Positions 38,342 through 38,676 of a stretch of DNA of 38,676 bases are shown here, piece by piece. Both the position numbers and the translations under genes were made by a program. Numbering within the stretch: the first letter of the stretch is position 1; every line of letters begins with the position of its first letter. The DNA is from Candidatus Brocadiia bacterium (GTDB lineage: Bacteria; Planctomycetota; Brocadiia; SM23-32), in the NCBI GenBank assembly GCA_046538485.1, contig JBKHIT010000049.1, positions 1-38,676 on the forward strand. The letters run 5' to 3'. A model generated the notes under the pieces. That model searched no databases, was not told where the DNA came from, and saw nothing but the letters and a program-made list of their open reading frames with translations.

Positions 38342-38676
38342 ATGACCCCAAAGACTGGCACTGGCAACTGCAAAACAGAATTACCACGATCCCCGATCTC
38401 GAACAGTATGTCTCACTTTCACAACAGGAAAAGGCCGACATCCGGGCCGCCAGCGAGGAGTTCACCTGGAGTATCACCCCATACTACGCCGGCCTGATGG
38501 ACCCCCACGATCCCGACTGCCCCATCCGACGCCAGGCTATCCCGGCCGTTGAAGAACTGCGCGACGAACTCGGCGTGCCCGATCCGCTCGAAGAAGGTAA
38601 ACACTCACCTGTCGAACTCGTCATTAGGGTCTACCCCGACCGCGTCGCGTTCTGCGTCGGAAACCGATGCCCCGTT
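38338..38676 (+). CDS. KamA-family radical SAM aminomutase (5' part, truncated by window end; not in the supplied ORF track)
   Basis: Translated by hand from ATG 38338: MNDPKDWHWQLQNRI...ITPYYAGLMDPHDPDCPIRRQAIP...DPLEE..HSPV...YPDRV...RCPV. It overlaps the upstream stop (ATGA). Confidence 0.9.
   Translation, partial: MNDPKDWHWQLQNRITTIPDLEQYVSLSQQEKADIRAASEEFTWSITPYYAGLMDPHDPDCPIRRQAIPAVEELRDELGVPDPLEEGKHSPVELVIRVYPDRVAFCVGNRCPV

Noticed and set aside
1..38676. CRISPR array, tRNA or rRNA genes
   Set aside because: No regularly spaced direct repeats or tRNA/rRNA signatures were found by eye in the intergenic regions.

Overview
Chromosomal segment of a diderm, probably anaerobic bacterium. 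The H-X9-DG-type prepilin-like genes, secreted 24-aa-repeat LRR proteins and giant membrane proteins suggest a PVC-superphylum (Planctomycetota-like) origin; this is inference only. From left to right: the 5' half of a group II intron (minus strand, running off the left edge, EBS1/EBS2 matching its exon); a minus-strand gene run (uvrC, panD, FmdB-type Zn ribbon, yggS, thiC, AsmA-like, rbsK, and an LptC plus four-LptA-module fusion); an outer-membrane barrel / URO-D-like / broken LRR cluster; three prepilin-like genes with an identical N-terminal helix and unrelated bodies, one carrying two compensating frameshifts; an ECF sigma / Zn anti-sigma / catalytically dead HtrA operon; YqeY; a 1875-aa Zn-ribbon/TM/HEAT-like protein; cysK; a LamG plus putative glycoside hydrolase protein; a secreted LRR protein; a stand-alone receiver coupled to a histidine kinase fused to a CoA-disulfide reductase-rhodanese (the most unusual item); and an ATP-grasp ligase with a KamA-family radical SAM gene truncated by the right edge. 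No rRNA, tRNA or CRISPR array was seen.
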